Shown in pieces: positions 1 through 10,766 of a stretch of DNA of 64,000 nt (position 1 is its first letter; every line of letters starts with the position of its first letter). Under the pieces are notes generated by a model. That model was not told the DNA's origin, ran no database searches, and saw nothing but the letters and a program-made list of their open reading frames with translations. The position numbers and the translations under genes are program-made. This stretch comes from Puniceicoccales bacterium (GTDB taxonomy: Bacteria > Verrucomicrobiota > Verrucomicrobiia > Opitutales > JAIRKQ01), in the NCBI GenBank assembly GCA_031268175.1, contig JAIRXR010000011.1, positions 115,659 to 179,658 on the forward strand, read 5' to 3'.

Positions 1-54
1 AGCGGCGTAGCCGGAAAATTTTCCAGGGCGCGTAAGGAATACAAACCGGCGTTG

Positions 55-1479
55 ATGGCGGGAAACTCCGACAGAAAGGCAAAAAAATCCGGCGAGGCCG
101 AAATTTCGGAGCACCTGGTCGGTCGTACTCAGCCGCACAGCGTTGATTTTGAGCAGGCACTGCTCGCCTGCTGCATAATGGAGGGCGGACAGGATAGCGT
201 GACGCTGTGCATACAGAGCAAAATATCTCCGGCGTCGTTCTATTTGCCGTCACATAGGACGCTGTGGGAAGCGGTTCTGGGCATCTATAACGACGGAACT
301 CCGGTCAGTGAAATTTTTCTCGCCGATCGGCTGAGGTCGCTTGGGAAATTGGATTCCATAGGAGGCATCGACTTCATTAACAGGGTCTGCGACAGGATCG
401 ATACTCCAGCGCACATTTCGCACTACATCAAGCGCGTGCGCGATTTGGAGCTTGTCAGGCGCGTCGTGGCCGCATCACTGGCGAACATCGAACGTGCCTA
501 TGGCGAGGCGGAAAGCCTCGATGACTTCATAGAAAAAGCAGAAAATGAAATTTTTTCCATAAGTTCCGACCGCGTCTCCGATTGCGCCATCCCCGTAAAA
601 AAAGCCGTGGATTCCGCAGTAAATACGATCCAACTCATGCGAAACAACCGCGGAGAATTGACCGGGTTGGCGTCTGGGTTTGCGGATTTGGACAGAATAA
701 CGTTCGGGTTTAGGCATAGCGAGATGATCGTCGTAGCAGCCAGGCCATCCATGGGAAAAACCAGCTTAGCCATGAACATTGCGGAAAACGCGGTCCTGCC
801 TGGCAGAGGTCGTTCGCCGACGGGAGTCCTGTTTTTTAGTCTTGAAATGACTTCCGAGCAGCTTGCGCTGCGCATGCTATGCGGACGTGCCGGCATCAAC
901 ATGACAAAGCTGCACGACGGATTCATTTCCAGCAGCGGAGAAAATGCCCTCTACGCGGTGGCGAAGGAAATACAATCCGCCCCGCTTTGGATAGATGAGT
1001 CGACGAATCTAACGATCCTCGAATTGCGCGCCAAGTCACGCCGCATGTGCAGTAAGGAAAAAATTGGACTGATAGTAATAGACTACCTGCAGCTCGTCAG
1101 CGGAGACGGCAGAATTCCAAGGGAGCAGCAAATTTCAGAAATTTCGCGCGGCATCAAGGCCATGGCAAAGGAATTAAAAATTCCGGTGATAGTGCTCAGC
1201 CAGTTGAACCGCGATTCTGAGAGGGAGAAGCGTCTGCCAAAGCTGTCCGATCTGCGCGAATCCGGCGCCATCGAACAAGATGCAGACCTGGTTATGCTGT
1301 TGGCGAAGCAGATAATTTCCGACGAAGAAGACGAAGAAAGTAAAACTTTTGGCGACACTATTATCCGCGATTTAATCATTGCAAAACACAGAAACGGCCC
1401 TATTGGTGTTGTGCCCCTGGCGTTCGTGCGTGGCTTGACTAGGTTCGAAAACTACATCGATGAAAAAATTCATGAGTAA
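55..1479 (+). CDS. dnaB: replicative DNA helicase DnaB
   Basis: Full-length ORF (track 52..1479 starts at TTG; ATG at 55). Walker A ARPSMGKTSLAMNIA, Walker B LIVIDYLQL, SQLNR and RESGAIEQDAD motifs. Confidence 0.95.
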   Translation: MAGNSDRKAKKSGEAEISEHLVGRTQPHSVDFEQALLACCIMEGGQDSVTLCIQSKISPASFYLPSHRTLWEAVLGIYNDGTPVSEIFLADRLRSLGKLDSIGGIDFINRVCDRIDTPAHISHYIKRVRDLELVRRVVAASLANIERAYGEAESLDDFIEKAENEIFSISSDRVSDCAIPVKKAVDSAVNTIQLMRNNRGELTGLASGFADLDRITFGFRHSEMIVVAARPSMGKTSLAMNIAENAVLPGRGRSPTGVLFFSLEMTSEQLALRMLCGRAGINMTKLHDGFISSSGENALYAVAKEIQSAPLWIDESTNLTILELRAKSRRMCSKEKIGLIVIDYLQLVSGDGRIPREQQISEISRGIKAMAKELKIPVIVLSQLNRDSEREKRLPKLSDLRESGAIEQDADLVMLLAKQIISDEEDEESKTFGDTIIRDLIIAKHRNGPIGVVPLAFVRGLTRFENYIDEKIHE

Positions 1480-3835
1480 AATATGCACAACTTTTGTGAA
1501 AGTAGTATTAGTTGCGCTGGCATATCTCATCCCCATTCACCGCTGCGCAGAAGCGTCTTCCGATGGTGACGGAAGTAACCGCGGAATCATAAAAAGCATC
1601 GAATATAAATACGAAGGCGACGAATCGCCGGTTCCGCAGGAGGTCGTGGATTCGCGAGTGCAGCTGAAGGTTGGGGCAGAATTTTCCCCGTTTTTGGCAG
1701 ATGCCTCCATAAAATCACTCTATGCCAGCGGAAATTTCGACCACGTATCGGTGAAAGTCGACGAATTAAGTGGAAGCAACGACTACAAGGTGACGTTTTC
1801 CCTCACGCCGAGGGAGCAGATAAAGGCCGTCAATTTTGTCGGCAACGGAAAAATTAAGGAGAAGACACTGCGAAAGAAGTTGGAATCGAAGCCTGGCACA
1901 AACGTGTCTGAAAGCACCATAAAATCCGACGTTGAGACTCTGACCAAATTTTATTACGACAAGGGATATCCCTACGTTAAAATATCGTCCGCCATTTCCA
2001 AAGCGCCAGATTCCGGAGATGTCACGCTAACCTTCAACATCAGTGAAGGGGAAAAACTCCGCGTTGGAAAAATTACCTTCGCAGGCAACGGTGATGTCAA
2101 AAGAGAAAAGCTGCTTGAGGTGATGCGGACGAGGAAGTGGACGCTGTTTTCAATTTTTACAAAATTTGGAGTGTATAGACCCGCTGAGTTCAGCTCAGAC
2201 ATCGACGCTCTCAAAACAGTTTTCAGGAATCATGGGTTTCTGGACGTTGAAATCGACGAAGAAAAAATAACGTACGTGCGGCGCGGAAAATCTCTGCACA
2301 TATGCATACCAGTAGAGCTGGGACATAAGTACTACGTCGGCAGTGTGACCATAAAAGGCAACAAGCTGTATCCGCTGGAGAAGCTTGAAAAAACTGCATC
2401 CATATCCCCAAACGATGTGTTTTCACCGGCCGAACTCGACGACGCCAAATGTCGGATAGCCGATCTCTACGGGCAATCCGGTTACATTAACACGGACGTT
2501 GTCCTGGGCAGAAAACCGGTCATCGAATCGGACAAAATAGACGTTGAGTTTGCAATAGAAGAGACGGAGAGATGCTTCGTTGGGGAAATCGAAATTCGAG
2601 GAAATTCGAAGACAAAGAATAAGGTGATCCTGCGGGAACTGTCGCTTGCGCCTGGCGACCAATTCGACATCGTCAGGATGAAAAACGGTCGAGCGAGGTT
2701 GATGAACACGGGATATTTTTCATCCGTTGATGCGGCGCCAACGGATACGAATGTTCCCGAACGGAAAAATTTGCGCATCGACGTTAGGGAGGCTGACACC
2801 GGAAAAGGCAGCATCGGGGGCGGCATCAGCACGGGCGGTGAAATCGTTGGATTCGTCGAGTTTACACAGAGAAATTTCGATCTGAGCAGTAAAAATAAAA
2901 TGTTTCAGGGCGGCGGGCAGAAGTTTCGCTCGCGCCTCCAAATGGGGAAACATACCACATTCATAGATATAAATTTCGAAGAACCGTGGTGGTATGACCG
3001 CAAGCTTGCCATCGGAACGGATCTATACTTCCACAAAACGGACTACGACGACAAAATGAGGGAGTACTCCGGCGGATACTACAACGAGGATCGCATTGGC
3101 GGAGATGTGTACCTCAAGAAGCACATCTACGAACTCTGGGAGGGTAAACTGTCCTACGGGCTGGAAAATGTAAAAATCTACAAGATTTCCGCAAACTCGC
3201 CGCAGTGCTTCTTCGATAGGGAGGGAAATTCGTCAATTTCGAAGGTAACGCTATCCATCGAACGGGACTCCAGAGACAGTTTCGTGTACCCAACGACTGG
3301 ATCAAGAGTCGGAGTCGACACCGAAGTGGCCGGGGGACCATTTTTTGGCAACACAAAGTACGTAAAGGTCAGCGCAGCGGCTGTGAAACACTGGCTCGTA
3401 TCGGAAACGGCCGAGCAGGTATTTTCACTGATCGGTAGAACTGGAACGATTACGCCCTACGGCGGCCAGACGACACCGTTTTTCGAAAGATTTCACCTGG
3501 GCGGAGCCAACTTTATGAAGGGGTTCAAGAGCCACGACGTTGGGCCAAGGGAACGCAATGTCGGCGTGGGGGGCAATACGTTTGCATATGGATCGGCGGA
3601 ATACTGCGTTCAAGTGGCAGATCCGGTCAGAATCTACTTCTTCGCCGAGGCCGGGTTCGTAAATGAAACCCAGTGGAATTTTTCCACCAAAAGGTACAAC
3701 ACTGACGTCGGCGTCGGTTTGAAAATATCGATAATGGGGATGCCACTGCGGCTGGATTTCGGATTTCCACTGCACGGCGAAGGGGATAACAAGCACGGGA
3801 TGCGCTTCAACTATTCCTTCGGCGTGGCTTTCTAG
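1460..3835 (+). CDS. bamA: outer membrane protein assembly factor BamA (Omp85 family)
   Basis: 791 aa with an N-terminal signal peptide. Repeated POTRA-like units ([36 protein letters not shown]). C-terminal beta-barrel region ends in aromatic ...FNYSFGVAF. Overlaps the dnaB stop by 20 nt. Confidence 0.85.
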   Translation: MKKFMSKICTTFVKVVLVALAYLIPIHRCAEASSDGDGSNRGIIKSIEYKYEGDESPVPQEVVDSRVQLKVGAEFSPFLADASIKSLYASGNFDHVSVKVDELSGSNDYKVTFSLTPREQIKAVNFVGNGKIKEKTLRKKLESKPGTNVSESTIKSDVETLTKFYYDKGYPYVKISSAISKAPDSGDVTLTFNISEGEKLRVGKITFAGNGDVKREKLLEVMRTRKWTLFSIFTKFGVYRPAEFSSDIDALKTVFRNHGFLDVEIDEEKITYVRRGKSLHICIPVELGHKYYVGSVTIKGNKLYPLEKLEKTASISPNDVFSPAELDDAKCRIADLYGQSGYINTDVVLGRKPVIESDKIDVEFAIEETERCFVGEIEIRGNSKTKNKVILRELSLAPGDQFDIVRMKNGRARLMNTGYFSSVDAAPTDTNVPERKNLRIDVREADTGKGSIGGGISTGGEIVGFVEFTQRNFDLSSKNKMFQGGGQKFRSRLQMGKHTTFIDINFEEPWWYDRKLAIGTDLYFHKTDYDDKMREYSGGYYNEDRIGGDVYLKKHIYELWEGKLSYGLENVKIYKISANSPQCFFDREGNSSISKVTLSIERDSRDSFVYPTTGSRVGVDTEVAGGPFFGNTKYVKVSAAAVKHWLVSETAEQVFSLIGRTGTITPYGGQTTPFFERFHLGGANFMKGFKSHDVGPRERNVGVGGNTFAYGSAEYCVQVADPVRIYFFAEAGFVNETQWNFSTKRYNTDVGVGLKISIMGMPLRLDFGFPLHGEGDNKHGMRFNYSFGVAF

Positions 3836-5264
3836 CGGCGACACTTTTCACCGATTTGCCATTCTTTTTTCGCTTTTTCACGGCGGAATTCCTTTCTCCT
3901 GTGACGAACCGCGGCTCAATTTTTTCCACGGAGGCATCTTTTTCCACCACCACTTCGATAATTTTGCCATTCTTAGGGACTCTGTACATCACGTCGATCA
4001 TCATTCCTTCCATAATGGAGCGCAGCGCCCTGGCGCCGGTTTTCATCTCAACGGCGCGCTTGGCAATCCATGCGATGGCATTTTTTTTGACCGTCAACTT
4101 TACGCCATCCAGGGCCAGTAGTCTTTGATACTGCTTGACGAGTGCGTTTTTCGTACGAACGAGGACGTGGCACAAATCTTTTCCAGTCAACTCATCGAGA
4201 ACCGAAATTGCCGGAAGTCTGCCGATAAACTCCGGGATCAACCCGAATTTTATCAGGTCCTCCGGGTGGACATTTTTGAGAATTTCTTCCGATTTTTCAT
4301 GGCCGCGGACATCCGGCGTTACCCTAAATCCCATAATTGCCTTGCCGATGCGTTCTCTGACTATTTTGTCGAGATCGGCGAATGCCCCACCGCATATGAA
4401 CAGAATATTTTTTGTGTTAACGCACACGTATTCCTGCTCCGGATGCTTGCGGCCGCCCTTTGGTGGAACGTTACAGGTCGTCCCCTCTAAAATCTTCAGC
4501 AGTGCCTGCTGCACGCCCTCTCCGGAAACATCCCGCGATATGGAAACGTTTTCCGTTTTTCTGCCAATTTTATCGATTTCATCGATGTAAATGATGCCGC
4601 ATTCGGCCTTTGGCAGATTGTAGTCCGCCGCTTGCAGCAGGCGCAGTATTATATTTTCCACATCTTCACCGACGTACCCAGCCTCGGTCAGCGTTGTGGC
4701 GTCGGCAATGGCAAACGGCACGTCGAGCGCCCTAGCCAGCGTACTCGCCAGCAGCGTCTTTCCGCATCCCGTTGGGCCGATGAGCAAAATATTACTTTTT
4801 TCTATTTCAACATCCTCGAGATTTTTTGGGATCTTCACCTTTTTTACCACATGTTCTCCGCCAATGGCTCCGCTGGTAATGAGTCTCTTGTAATGATTAT
4901 AGACGGCAACGGCCAGCACCTTTTTTGCATGTTCCTGCCCGACCACGTTAGCACTCATGATCTTCATCAACTTTTTCGGAGAAACGACGCTGAAACTGAA
5001 TGGCGTGTCGCCGCGCTTCACGACGGACAAGGAATCATCCTCTCCGGATTTTTCACATTTTTTTTGGTCGCATTCCCCGGAATTCCCCGAAGTTGCAGCA
5101 CGCTGGAAAAATTCCTGGCCAATGGCGCGGACACATTTGCCGATGCAGACGTCGCAAATGAACAGGCCATCCGGGCCAGCAATCAATTTACCAACTTCGA
5201 ACTGCGATGCTCCGCAAAACGAACATTTGCTTAATTTCGCCATGACCCTATGCATGGCATTCAA
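3807..5264 (-). CDS. clpX: ATP-dependent Clp protease ATP-binding subunit ClpX
   Basis: N-terminal C4 zinc finger (CSFCG...CDVC), Walker [12 protein letters not shown], Walker [10 protein letters not shown], sensor regions. Has an extra Lys/Arg-rich C-terminal tail that overlaps the bamA 3' end convergently by 29 nt. Confidence 0.95.
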   Translation of the reverse strand: MNAMHRVMAKLSKCSFCGASQFEVGKLIAGPDGLFICDVCIGKCVRAIGQEFFQRAATSGNSGECDQKKCEKSGEDDSLSVVKRGDTPFSFSVVSPKKLMKIMSANVVGQEHAKKVLAVAVYNHYKRLITSGAIGGEHVVKKVKIPKNLEDVEIEKSNILLIGPTGCGKTLLASTLARALDVPFAIADATTLTEAGYVGEDVENIILRLLQAADYNLPKAECGIIYIDEIDKIGRKTENVSISRDVSGEGVQQALLKILEGTTCNVPPKGGRKHPEQEYVCVNTKNILFICGGAFADLDKIVRERIGKAIMGFRVTPDVRGHEKSEEILKNVHPEDLIKFGLIPEFIGRLPAISVLDELTGKDLCHVLVRTKNALVKQYQRLLALDGVKLTVKKNAIAWIAKRAVEMKTGARALRSIMEGMMIDVMYRVPKNGKIIEVVVEKDASVEKIEPRFVTGERNSAVKKRKKNGKSVKSVAARKPRRRNS

Positions 5265-5350
5265 ATTCGGATTGGGCCGCTGTCAAATCTATCCCGGCAA
5301 AATCGACGCGAAAAAAACTAGCCTGAGCAGCCGCGGCAGAAGAGAAAATT

Positions 5351-7117
5351 TTACCGCTTCGGATTTTTTACGCGAAATCTGCCATCCATTTCGCAGAATG
5401 GCAGCTCGAAATATATGGCGTTGCCGAATGGGCACAGCAGTGGATTTTTGCAGATCAAAAGCGCGTCGCGCAGGGCCTCTATCGCTTTCTGCGTCTCGTA
5501 ATTTTCGATCCCGATGGCCTTCACGGTGCACCGGGCAAACACCTCGTCGCTGCCGGCGAGATCCGCCCCATTCGGAAGATCCACGTCGGAGGAAACCAGC
5601 TCTCGCACAATTATTTCAGCGTTTTCCTGTGACAGCCAGCCTGGGACCGCGTCAATTTTATAGTCGTACTTGCCGAATGCGTAAACGGAAAATCCGTACC
5701 TGGCAAAGACGGGCAAAAGGCGGCGAATGCGCTCCTCTTCGCCCGGCGACAGTGAAATTTCTATGGGAATTAGCTGCTGCTGTCCATTGAAAGTGCCATC
5801 TCCGGAAATAATTTTTTCATAGGTAACGCGCCGCACGGCCAATCTGATATTGAAAATTATTAGTCCGGTGTGGCTCTCAAAGAGCGCGATCTCATCCGAA
5901 AGTTTTCCGATAAAGCGCCACGAATGGCCCCGTTCTCCCTCGAAGGCGCCTAACAAAAGAGTGTCCTGCCTTGCAACCGCCATACTGGACGGCCTGGGGG
6001 TATTGTCTAGCGAGGCCTTCGAATTTACAGTCGGCCGCCGATTGCTGGAAAAATTCTCCGCCGATCGCACGGTCGTAGCAGTCGGCGTAATGGAATCGGC
6101 TGCGGGAATTGGGCAGGCCGCAGAAGCTGTGGTACCTCCGAAAACGCGCGCCATGCAATCTTTGACGCACGCCCTCAAGGACACTTCATTGCGGAAACGC
6201 ACCTCCCTCTTCATGGGATGCACGTTCACGTCAACCGTGGCTGGATCGATTTTTATGAAAATGTAGGCCAAAATTCCCCTGTGATTTGGAAAAATTTGGT
6301 GCAATTCTCCGCAAATCGACGCGACTATGAGATCGCTGCGCACCAACCTACCGTTCACAAACGACACTATATTTTTTTTGCAAATATTTCCAGCCGCCGG
6401 ATCGCAGATGGCGCCGCTAAGCGCAATCTCGTCCGCACTACAGGAAAAGTCGATGAATCTCTCGCCGTGCTTGAAAATTGCATTTATCCTGTCACCAAAA
6501 TTTTGGACACTCGGAGAGGTGAAGATTTCGCTCCCATCTTGGGACAAGGAAAATTCGACGCCAATTTCTGCGAAAGCCATGGCTTTCACAGTCGCAACTA
6601 TGCGTGCACCTTCCGTGTCGTCGGATTTCAAAAACTTTCTCCGGGCAGGAACATTGTAAAATAAATTCTCAACGATTACCTTCGTACCGCGAAATTTTAC
6701 GCAATCCCTAACGTCCACCATCCTTCCGCCGTCGATGACTATTTCCGTTCCGACCTGGTCACTGTCACAGCAGGTCATCAACCTGAATTTTGAAACGGCG
6801 GCAACGGATGGCAGCGCCTCGCCGCGGAAACCAAACGTTGCCAGCGAATTCAAATCGCTGATTTGGCGCAATTTGCTCGTGGCGTGCCGCTTCACGGCGA
6901 GCAGCGCCTCATCTCTGGCCATTCCACTTCCGTCGTCGCCAACGGCGATGGAAAAACGCCCTCCCCTGGAAAAACTAACCGCTATGTGCTTCGCGCCGGC
7001 ATCGAGGCTATTTTCCACCAACTCCTTGACCACGGCAGCTGGGCGTTCAACTATCTCACCGGCCGCTATTCCATCTATGACATTGTCTGACAAAAGCTCT
7101 ATTTTGCTACGAAGCAT
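5351..7117 (-). CDS. mutL: DNA mismatch repair protein MutL
   Basis: GHKL ATPase motifs (VVKELVENSLDAGA, DDGSGM, FGFRGEAL) and a MutL transducer and C-terminal dimerisation region. The C-terminal endonuclease motifs appear absent (see findings). Confidence 0.9.
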   Translation of the reverse strand: MLRSKIELLSDNVIDGIAAGEIVERPAAVVKELVENSLDAGAKHIAVSFSRGGRFSIAVGDDGSGMARDEALLAVKRHATSKLRQISDLNSLATFGFRGEALPSVAAVSKFRLMTCCDSDQVGTEIVIDGGRMVDVRDCVKFRGTKVIVENLFYNVPARRKFLKSDDTEGARIVATVKAMAFAEIGVEFSLSQDGSEIFTSPSVQNFGDRINAIFKHGERFIDFSCSADEIALSGAICDPAAGNICKKNIVSFVNGRLVRSDLIVASICGELHQIFPNHRGILAYIFIKIDPATVDVNVHPMKREVRFRNEVSLRACVKDCMARVFGGTTASAACPIPAADSITPTATTVRSAENFSSNRRPTVNSKASLDNTPRPSSMAVARQDTLLLGAFEGERGHSWRFIGKLSDEIALFESHTGLIIFNIRLAVRRVTYEKIISGDGTFNGQQQLIPIEISLSPGEEERIRRLLPVFARYGFSVYAFGKYDYKIDAVPGWLSQENAEIIVRELVSSDVDLPNGADLAGSDEVFARCTVKAIGIENYETQKAIEALRDALLICKNPLLCPFGNAIYFELPFCEMDGRFRVKNPKR

Positions 7118-7315
7118 CGCGCGAAGCTAGCCATGCAAATTCCAGGCGCAAGCGTTTTTTAATTGGTCAAATTCGCCAATCCACGCGGCGCTCCACGGCG
7201 ACTTCTAGTTGGCAAACCCACATCTAAAAATTGCGCAGACACCTCTGAATCGGCGGTGTGCAGAGATTTTTTATTGACTAGGCAGCTCCAAAAGGCATTT
7301 CCTAGCGTCACGTCC

Positions 7316-7390
7316 GTTTGCGTAGTTCAATGGATAGAACATTGGCCTCCGAAGCCGAAGATTCGGGTTCGAGTCCCGACGCGAGCGCCA
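7316..7390 (+). tRNA. tRNA-Arg (anticodon CCG)
   Basis: Hand-folded cloverleaf. Acceptor GTTTGCG/CGCGAGC (two G-U pairs), D arm GTTC-AATGGATA-GAAC, anticodon arm TTGGC-CTCCGAA-GCCGA, T arm TCGGG-TTCGAGT-CCCGA, encoded CCA. Confidence 0.85.
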
Positions 7391-7411
7391 TCGAACCTCT
7401 GTGCCACGTTT

Positions 7412-8662
7412 TCAGTAGACATCCATCTGGTAATGCCTGCTCCTTCGGAGTGACTTGAAAAATTCACCGGCGCGTGCTTCGTCGAAATTTCCCACCTCCA
7501 TCGCAATTTTTTTCAAAACATTTCCAACGTCGACGGCCATGTTTGAAGCGTTTCCGCAGACGTAGATATAGGCGTCGTCCAAAATCCACGACCACAGCTC
7601 CTCCCGATTTTCCCACATCCTATCCTGCACATATATCTTTTTTTCCTGATCACGGGAAAACGCGAGGTGCAGGTTGGTCAGTATTCCGGAGTCCTTGAAA
7701 TTCAAAAATTCGTCCCTAAAAAAAAAGTCCGTTTCGTAATTCCTATCGCCAAAAAATAGCCAACTGGAGCCGATTCGTTCGCCGCGGTGCTCCAGGCATT
7801 GCCGCTCCTGCAGAAATCCACGGAACGGAGCGACGCCGGTCCCCGGCCCAATCATTATAATCTTCGCACTCACGTCCGTCGGCATGGCAAACATGGAACT
7901 AACTATGAAAACGTTGGCCGTGTCCGCGCCGATATTCATGTCGTTCGCCAGGTACGTCGAAGCGATGCCGTGGCGCGTGTTCCCAATGAAATTCACGTAG
8001 CTGACGACGTTTACGACTATGTGTACCTCGTTGCTATTTGCCAGCGGCGACGAAGCGATGGAGTACAGCCGTGGCATCAATTTGTTCAAATTCGCAACGA
8101 TTTCCTGCGCGTCTACTCTACGCAGCGCCCTGAATTTTTTCAGCATTTCCAACAATGAATGCAACTTTGCCGCAATTTTGCACTCATCATCGGCGCACAG
8201 TATTCTGCCGTCCATGTGCGAAATTTCGTCCGAATCGGTCATGGTAGCGGCGAACCATTCGAGGAATTTACGCGGCAGATTCGTTATGCAAAAGTGCTCG
8301 TACAGTGCGGAAAAAATTGAAATCCTTTTCCTTGCTCCGGGAATTTCAACGGCGGTATCGGGCTGAATTTTCAGCAAATCCAAAATTTCCGCCACATCGA
8401 CAATGCTATTCTTTGGTAATACGGCAATCGAATCCCCGCATTTGTACACCATATCGCTACCGGCTATATCAAACACCAGATGCTGGACATTTTTCTCGCT
8501 CCCAGTCCCGCTTATGCGCACGCGCGACTTCAGCTTGGCCGGAAACGGATTGTCTCTGCTATAAACCATTCCCTTCGTTGAAGAAACTCGAACGGAATAA
8601 AACATCAAGACAATTCTTTGTCCGCGTAGCATCCCGGTCGGCCGGCGAAAAGCGAAGGTCAC
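7412..8662 (-). CDS. FAD/NAD(P)H-binding oxidoreductase, CysJ C-terminal-like (sulfite reductase flavoprotein / FNR family), no flavodoxin domain
   Basis: FAD-binding RLYSIASSP, NADPH-binding MIGPGTGVAPFRGF, C-terminal ...YQMDVY. The GTG start at 8662 overlaps the nusB stop (GTGA). An internal start at MVYSRDNPFPAKL (8569) is also possible. Confidence 0.8.
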   Translation of the reverse strand: MTFAFRRPTGMLRGQRIVLMFYSVRVSSTKGMVYSRDNPFPAKLKSRVRISGTGSEKNVQHLVFDIAGSDMVYKCGDSIAVLPKNSIVDVAEILDLLKIQPDTAVEIPGARKRISIFSALYEHFCITNLPRKFLEWFAATMTDSDEISHMDGRILCADDECKIAAKLHSLLEMLKKFRALRRVDAQEIVANLNKLMPRLYSIASSPLANSNEVHIVVNVVSYVNFIGNTRHGIASTYLANDMNIGADTANVFIVSSMFAMPTDVSAKIIMIGPGTGVAPFRGFLQERQCLEHRGERIGSSWLFFGDRNYETDFFFRDEFLNFKDSGILTNLHLAFSRDQEKKIYVQDRMWENREELWSWILDDAYIYVCGNASNMAVDVGNVLKKIAMEVGNFDEARAGEFFKSLRRSRHYQMDVY

Positions 8663-9114
8663 CTGCTCGCCTCGCGCAGCGGCCTGGTCAATTTCTTTTT
8701 CACGCTGTCCAGGACACCGTTCAAAAATCTGCTAGATTCGTCGGTGGATAGAATTTTGCCGATATCTATGGCCTCATTCATCGCGACTATCGGAGGCACA
8801 TCGCTGCGAAACAGCATCTCGTACACCGCCACCCTTAGAATTGCCAGATCCACCATGGCGATCCTGTCCAGCGACCAGTGCGTTGCATGCTTGCCTATCA
8901 AACCGTCGATGGCCTCAACGTTTTCAATTGCTCCCTTGGCCAGCTCCCTTCCAAAGGCATACTGGTCACTCTCCTCCTTGAAATAAGAACCCACGAAGGC
9001 GTCCACCATTGCCTCGATTTTGCAAGAGCCGCCACCCCCGTTTACCGCCCAGGCATACATAAACTGCACGGCAAAAACCCTATTTTTTCTCCTGCCGGAC
9101 ACATTCCCAAGCAC
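8659..9114 (-). CDS. nusB: transcription antitermination factor NusB
   Basis: 151 aa. NusB-like helices (LDRIAMVDLAILRVAVYEM..., NEAIDIGKILSTDESSRFLNGVLD). Confidence 0.85.
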   Translation of the reverse strand: MLGNVSGRRKNRVFAVQFMYAWAVNGGGGSCKIEAMVDAFVGSYFKEESDQYAFGRELAKGAIENVEAIDGLIGKHATHWSLDRIAMVDLAILRVAVYEMLFRSDVPPIVAMNEAIDIGKILSTDESSRFLNGVLDSVKKKLTRPLREASR

Positions 9115-9183
9115 AGGACATTGCTATGGCGTCCGCGGTGGCGGTCAAGAATAATTGCGGAAAACTTTGACTGTGAAGCTGCC

Positions 9184-9885
9184 TCATGCCGATTTCCAGC
9201 TAAATCTCCACGGTGCCACCACGGCAACGTACTCTCCCATGGGCGAGGATTTCGACACATCCGCGAAAACTTCCCCAACCTTCCCCACGTAAAACTTTTC
9301 GTGGAATTTCGTGACCTCCTTTGCGACGCAGACGACTCTGTCGTCGCCCACCACGCCCCTCAGATCATCAAGAAATTTCAATATTCTGTGGCAGGACTCG
9401 TAGAACACCAGGCTGTAGTCGAAATCGGTATATTTTTTGAATGCGTTGATCCTCGCCGAGGATTTGCTCGGCAAAAAACCCAGGAACAAAAAACCATCGC
9501 TGGGCAATCCGGAAGCCGCCAGGACAGCTGTGGCAGCGCATGGACCCGGTATTACTTCGATCGGAATCCCATGCTGCCTGCACGCGTTTACTATGCGATA
9601 GCCGGGATCGCTAATCGTCGGCGTTCCAGCATCCGTTGTCAGGCAAACGGCGCTTCCACCAAGGAGCAACTTCACTATTTTCGGCACCCGGTACGCTTCG
9701 CCATCGTCGCGATAGACGATCATCTTCTTGCTGATGCCGAAGTGCCCCAGCAGCTTTCCGCACACGCGCGTATCCTCGCAGAGCACGGCATCGCACCGCG
9801 CCAGCGCCTCGATGGCCCTGGCGGAAATGTCGCCCATGTTCCCCAGTGGGGTCGGCACGATTATCAATTTCGCGTCCGCATGCAA
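9184..9885 (-). CDS. rsmI: 16S rRNA (cytidine1402-2'-O)-methyltransferase RsmI
   Basis: Tetrapyrrole-methylase fold motifs: LIIVPTPLGNMGDIS, CEDTR, DAGTPTISDPG, FYESCHR. Confidence 0.85.
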   Translation of the reverse strand: MHADAKLIIVPTPLGNMGDISARAIEALARCDAVLCEDTRVCGKLLGHFGISKKMIVYRDDGEAYRVPKIVKLLLGGSAVCLTTDAGTPTISDPGYRIVNACRQHGIPIEVIPGPCAATAVLAASGLPSDGFLFLGFLPSKSSARINAFKKYTDFDYSLVFYESCHRILKFLDDLRGVVGDDRVVCVAKEVTKFHEKFYVGKVGEVFADVSKSSPMGEYVAVVAPWRFSWKSA

Positions 9886-10061
9886 AATTTAAATTTCCCC
9901 GTGCGCGGCATCACATCCGCTACAAATCTATGTAAAATCCCACGCTTTCCCCATCCAAAATAAGCCTATTTCTTGCCGTGCCGAGGCCGCCCTCATCGCC
10001 AAAATTCGGAGACTGCCAGGCAAAATTCGTTGGCCATCCGCGATGCGAACCGTAAGCCATA

Positions 10062-10418
10062 TCATCCACCGCACGCCATCCACTTTCGAAATTTGGCCAG
10101 CCTCCGCACGCCATCCAACGAGGCCTTTGCTTTGCGCATCGTCCAATTTCTGCCGCGGTTAATTCTGTTTTTCCACGCGACAGTCGAAAGGCGTACGCCA
10201 TCGGCCACTACCTGCGCAGGCGTAACTGTACAATCTTCCGGTTCGCCAATGAAGTCTATCTCTTCCTGTGTAAAATGCCCATCACACTCACTGGAATGCG
10301 CACCGTGGCAGGCGTAGAAATTTTCAATTTCGCTGGCAAATGCGAAAACGGGAAACAGGGACGCAGCAACCGCGCAAACAATTCTTTCCGAAATCCGAGA
10401 CTGCCAGAGCTTTGCCAT
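10062..10418 (-). CDS. hypothetical secreted protein, possibly the 5' part of a frameshifted gene continuing to 9920
   Basis: Signal-peptide-like N-terminus MAKLWQSRISERIVCAVAASLFPVFAFA, taken from an internal Met of ORF 10062..10649. A second open frame (9920..10201) with genome-typical codons continues to within 34 nt of rsmI. Confidence 0.4.
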   Translation of the reverse strand: MAKLWQSRISERIVCAVAASLFPVFAFASEIENFYACHGAHSSECDGHFTQEEIDFIGEPEDCTVTPAQVVADGVRLSTVAWKNRINRGRNWTMRKAKASLDGVRRLAKFRKWMACGG

Positions 10419-10420
10419 GG

Positions 10421-10642
10421 TTACCTTGTGCGGCGCTTGGATTTTCCACCGTTGGTGCTCAGCGATGAAAAATCGTCCATTCTCAGCGTCGGATTTTTTT
10501 CCCATGAAGTCGGTTTTGCCCACGGCAGCTGCGACGACGACGCGGCGTCGGTCGACGATGTTCCGCTGTCTGTGCTGCACGCAGGCACCAGCACCAGTAA
10601 CACTAACAAGCACACAATCATCGACCAGGGAATTTTCTTCAT
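10421..10642 (-). CDS. small putative lipoprotein
   Basis: MKKIPWSMIVCLLVLLVLVPAC gives a signal peptide with a lipobox-like LVPAC, followed by a Ser/Thr-rich mature part. The stop lies 2 nt before the next gene's ATG. Confidence 0.45.
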   Translation of the reverse strand: MKKIPWSMIVCLLVLLVLVPACSTDSGTSSTDAASSSQLPWAKPTSWEKNPTLRMDDFSSLSTNGGKSKRRTR

Positions 10643-10766
10643 AGTGCAAAGCATATGATTTTCGCCAAAAAATTTGTCAAGGGGATTATCAATTTCACTC
10701 TTCCACAAAAAAACTTTCATGTTTTAAGGAAAATGTTAGTATCGTCCCGGTGGAGGTGAATCATAG

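Noticed and set aside
3807-3835. 29-nt convergent overlap of the bamA and clpX 3' ends as a sign of mis-annotation
   Set aside because: Both ORFs are otherwise unambiguous and the overlap only involves ClpX's non-conserved basic tail. I kept it as read and cannot verify the stop positions further.
4957-5790. 277-aa plus-strand ORF spanning the clpX/mutL junction
   Set aside because: It is antisense to the 5' end of clpX and the 3' end of mutL. Its composition is R/P/S-rich and it has no recognisable domain.
8878-9963. 361-aa ORF on the plus strand
   Set aside because: It lies entirely antisense to the clear nusB and rsmI genes. The translation is Arg/His/Pro-rich and motif-free, so it is a typical shadow ORF.
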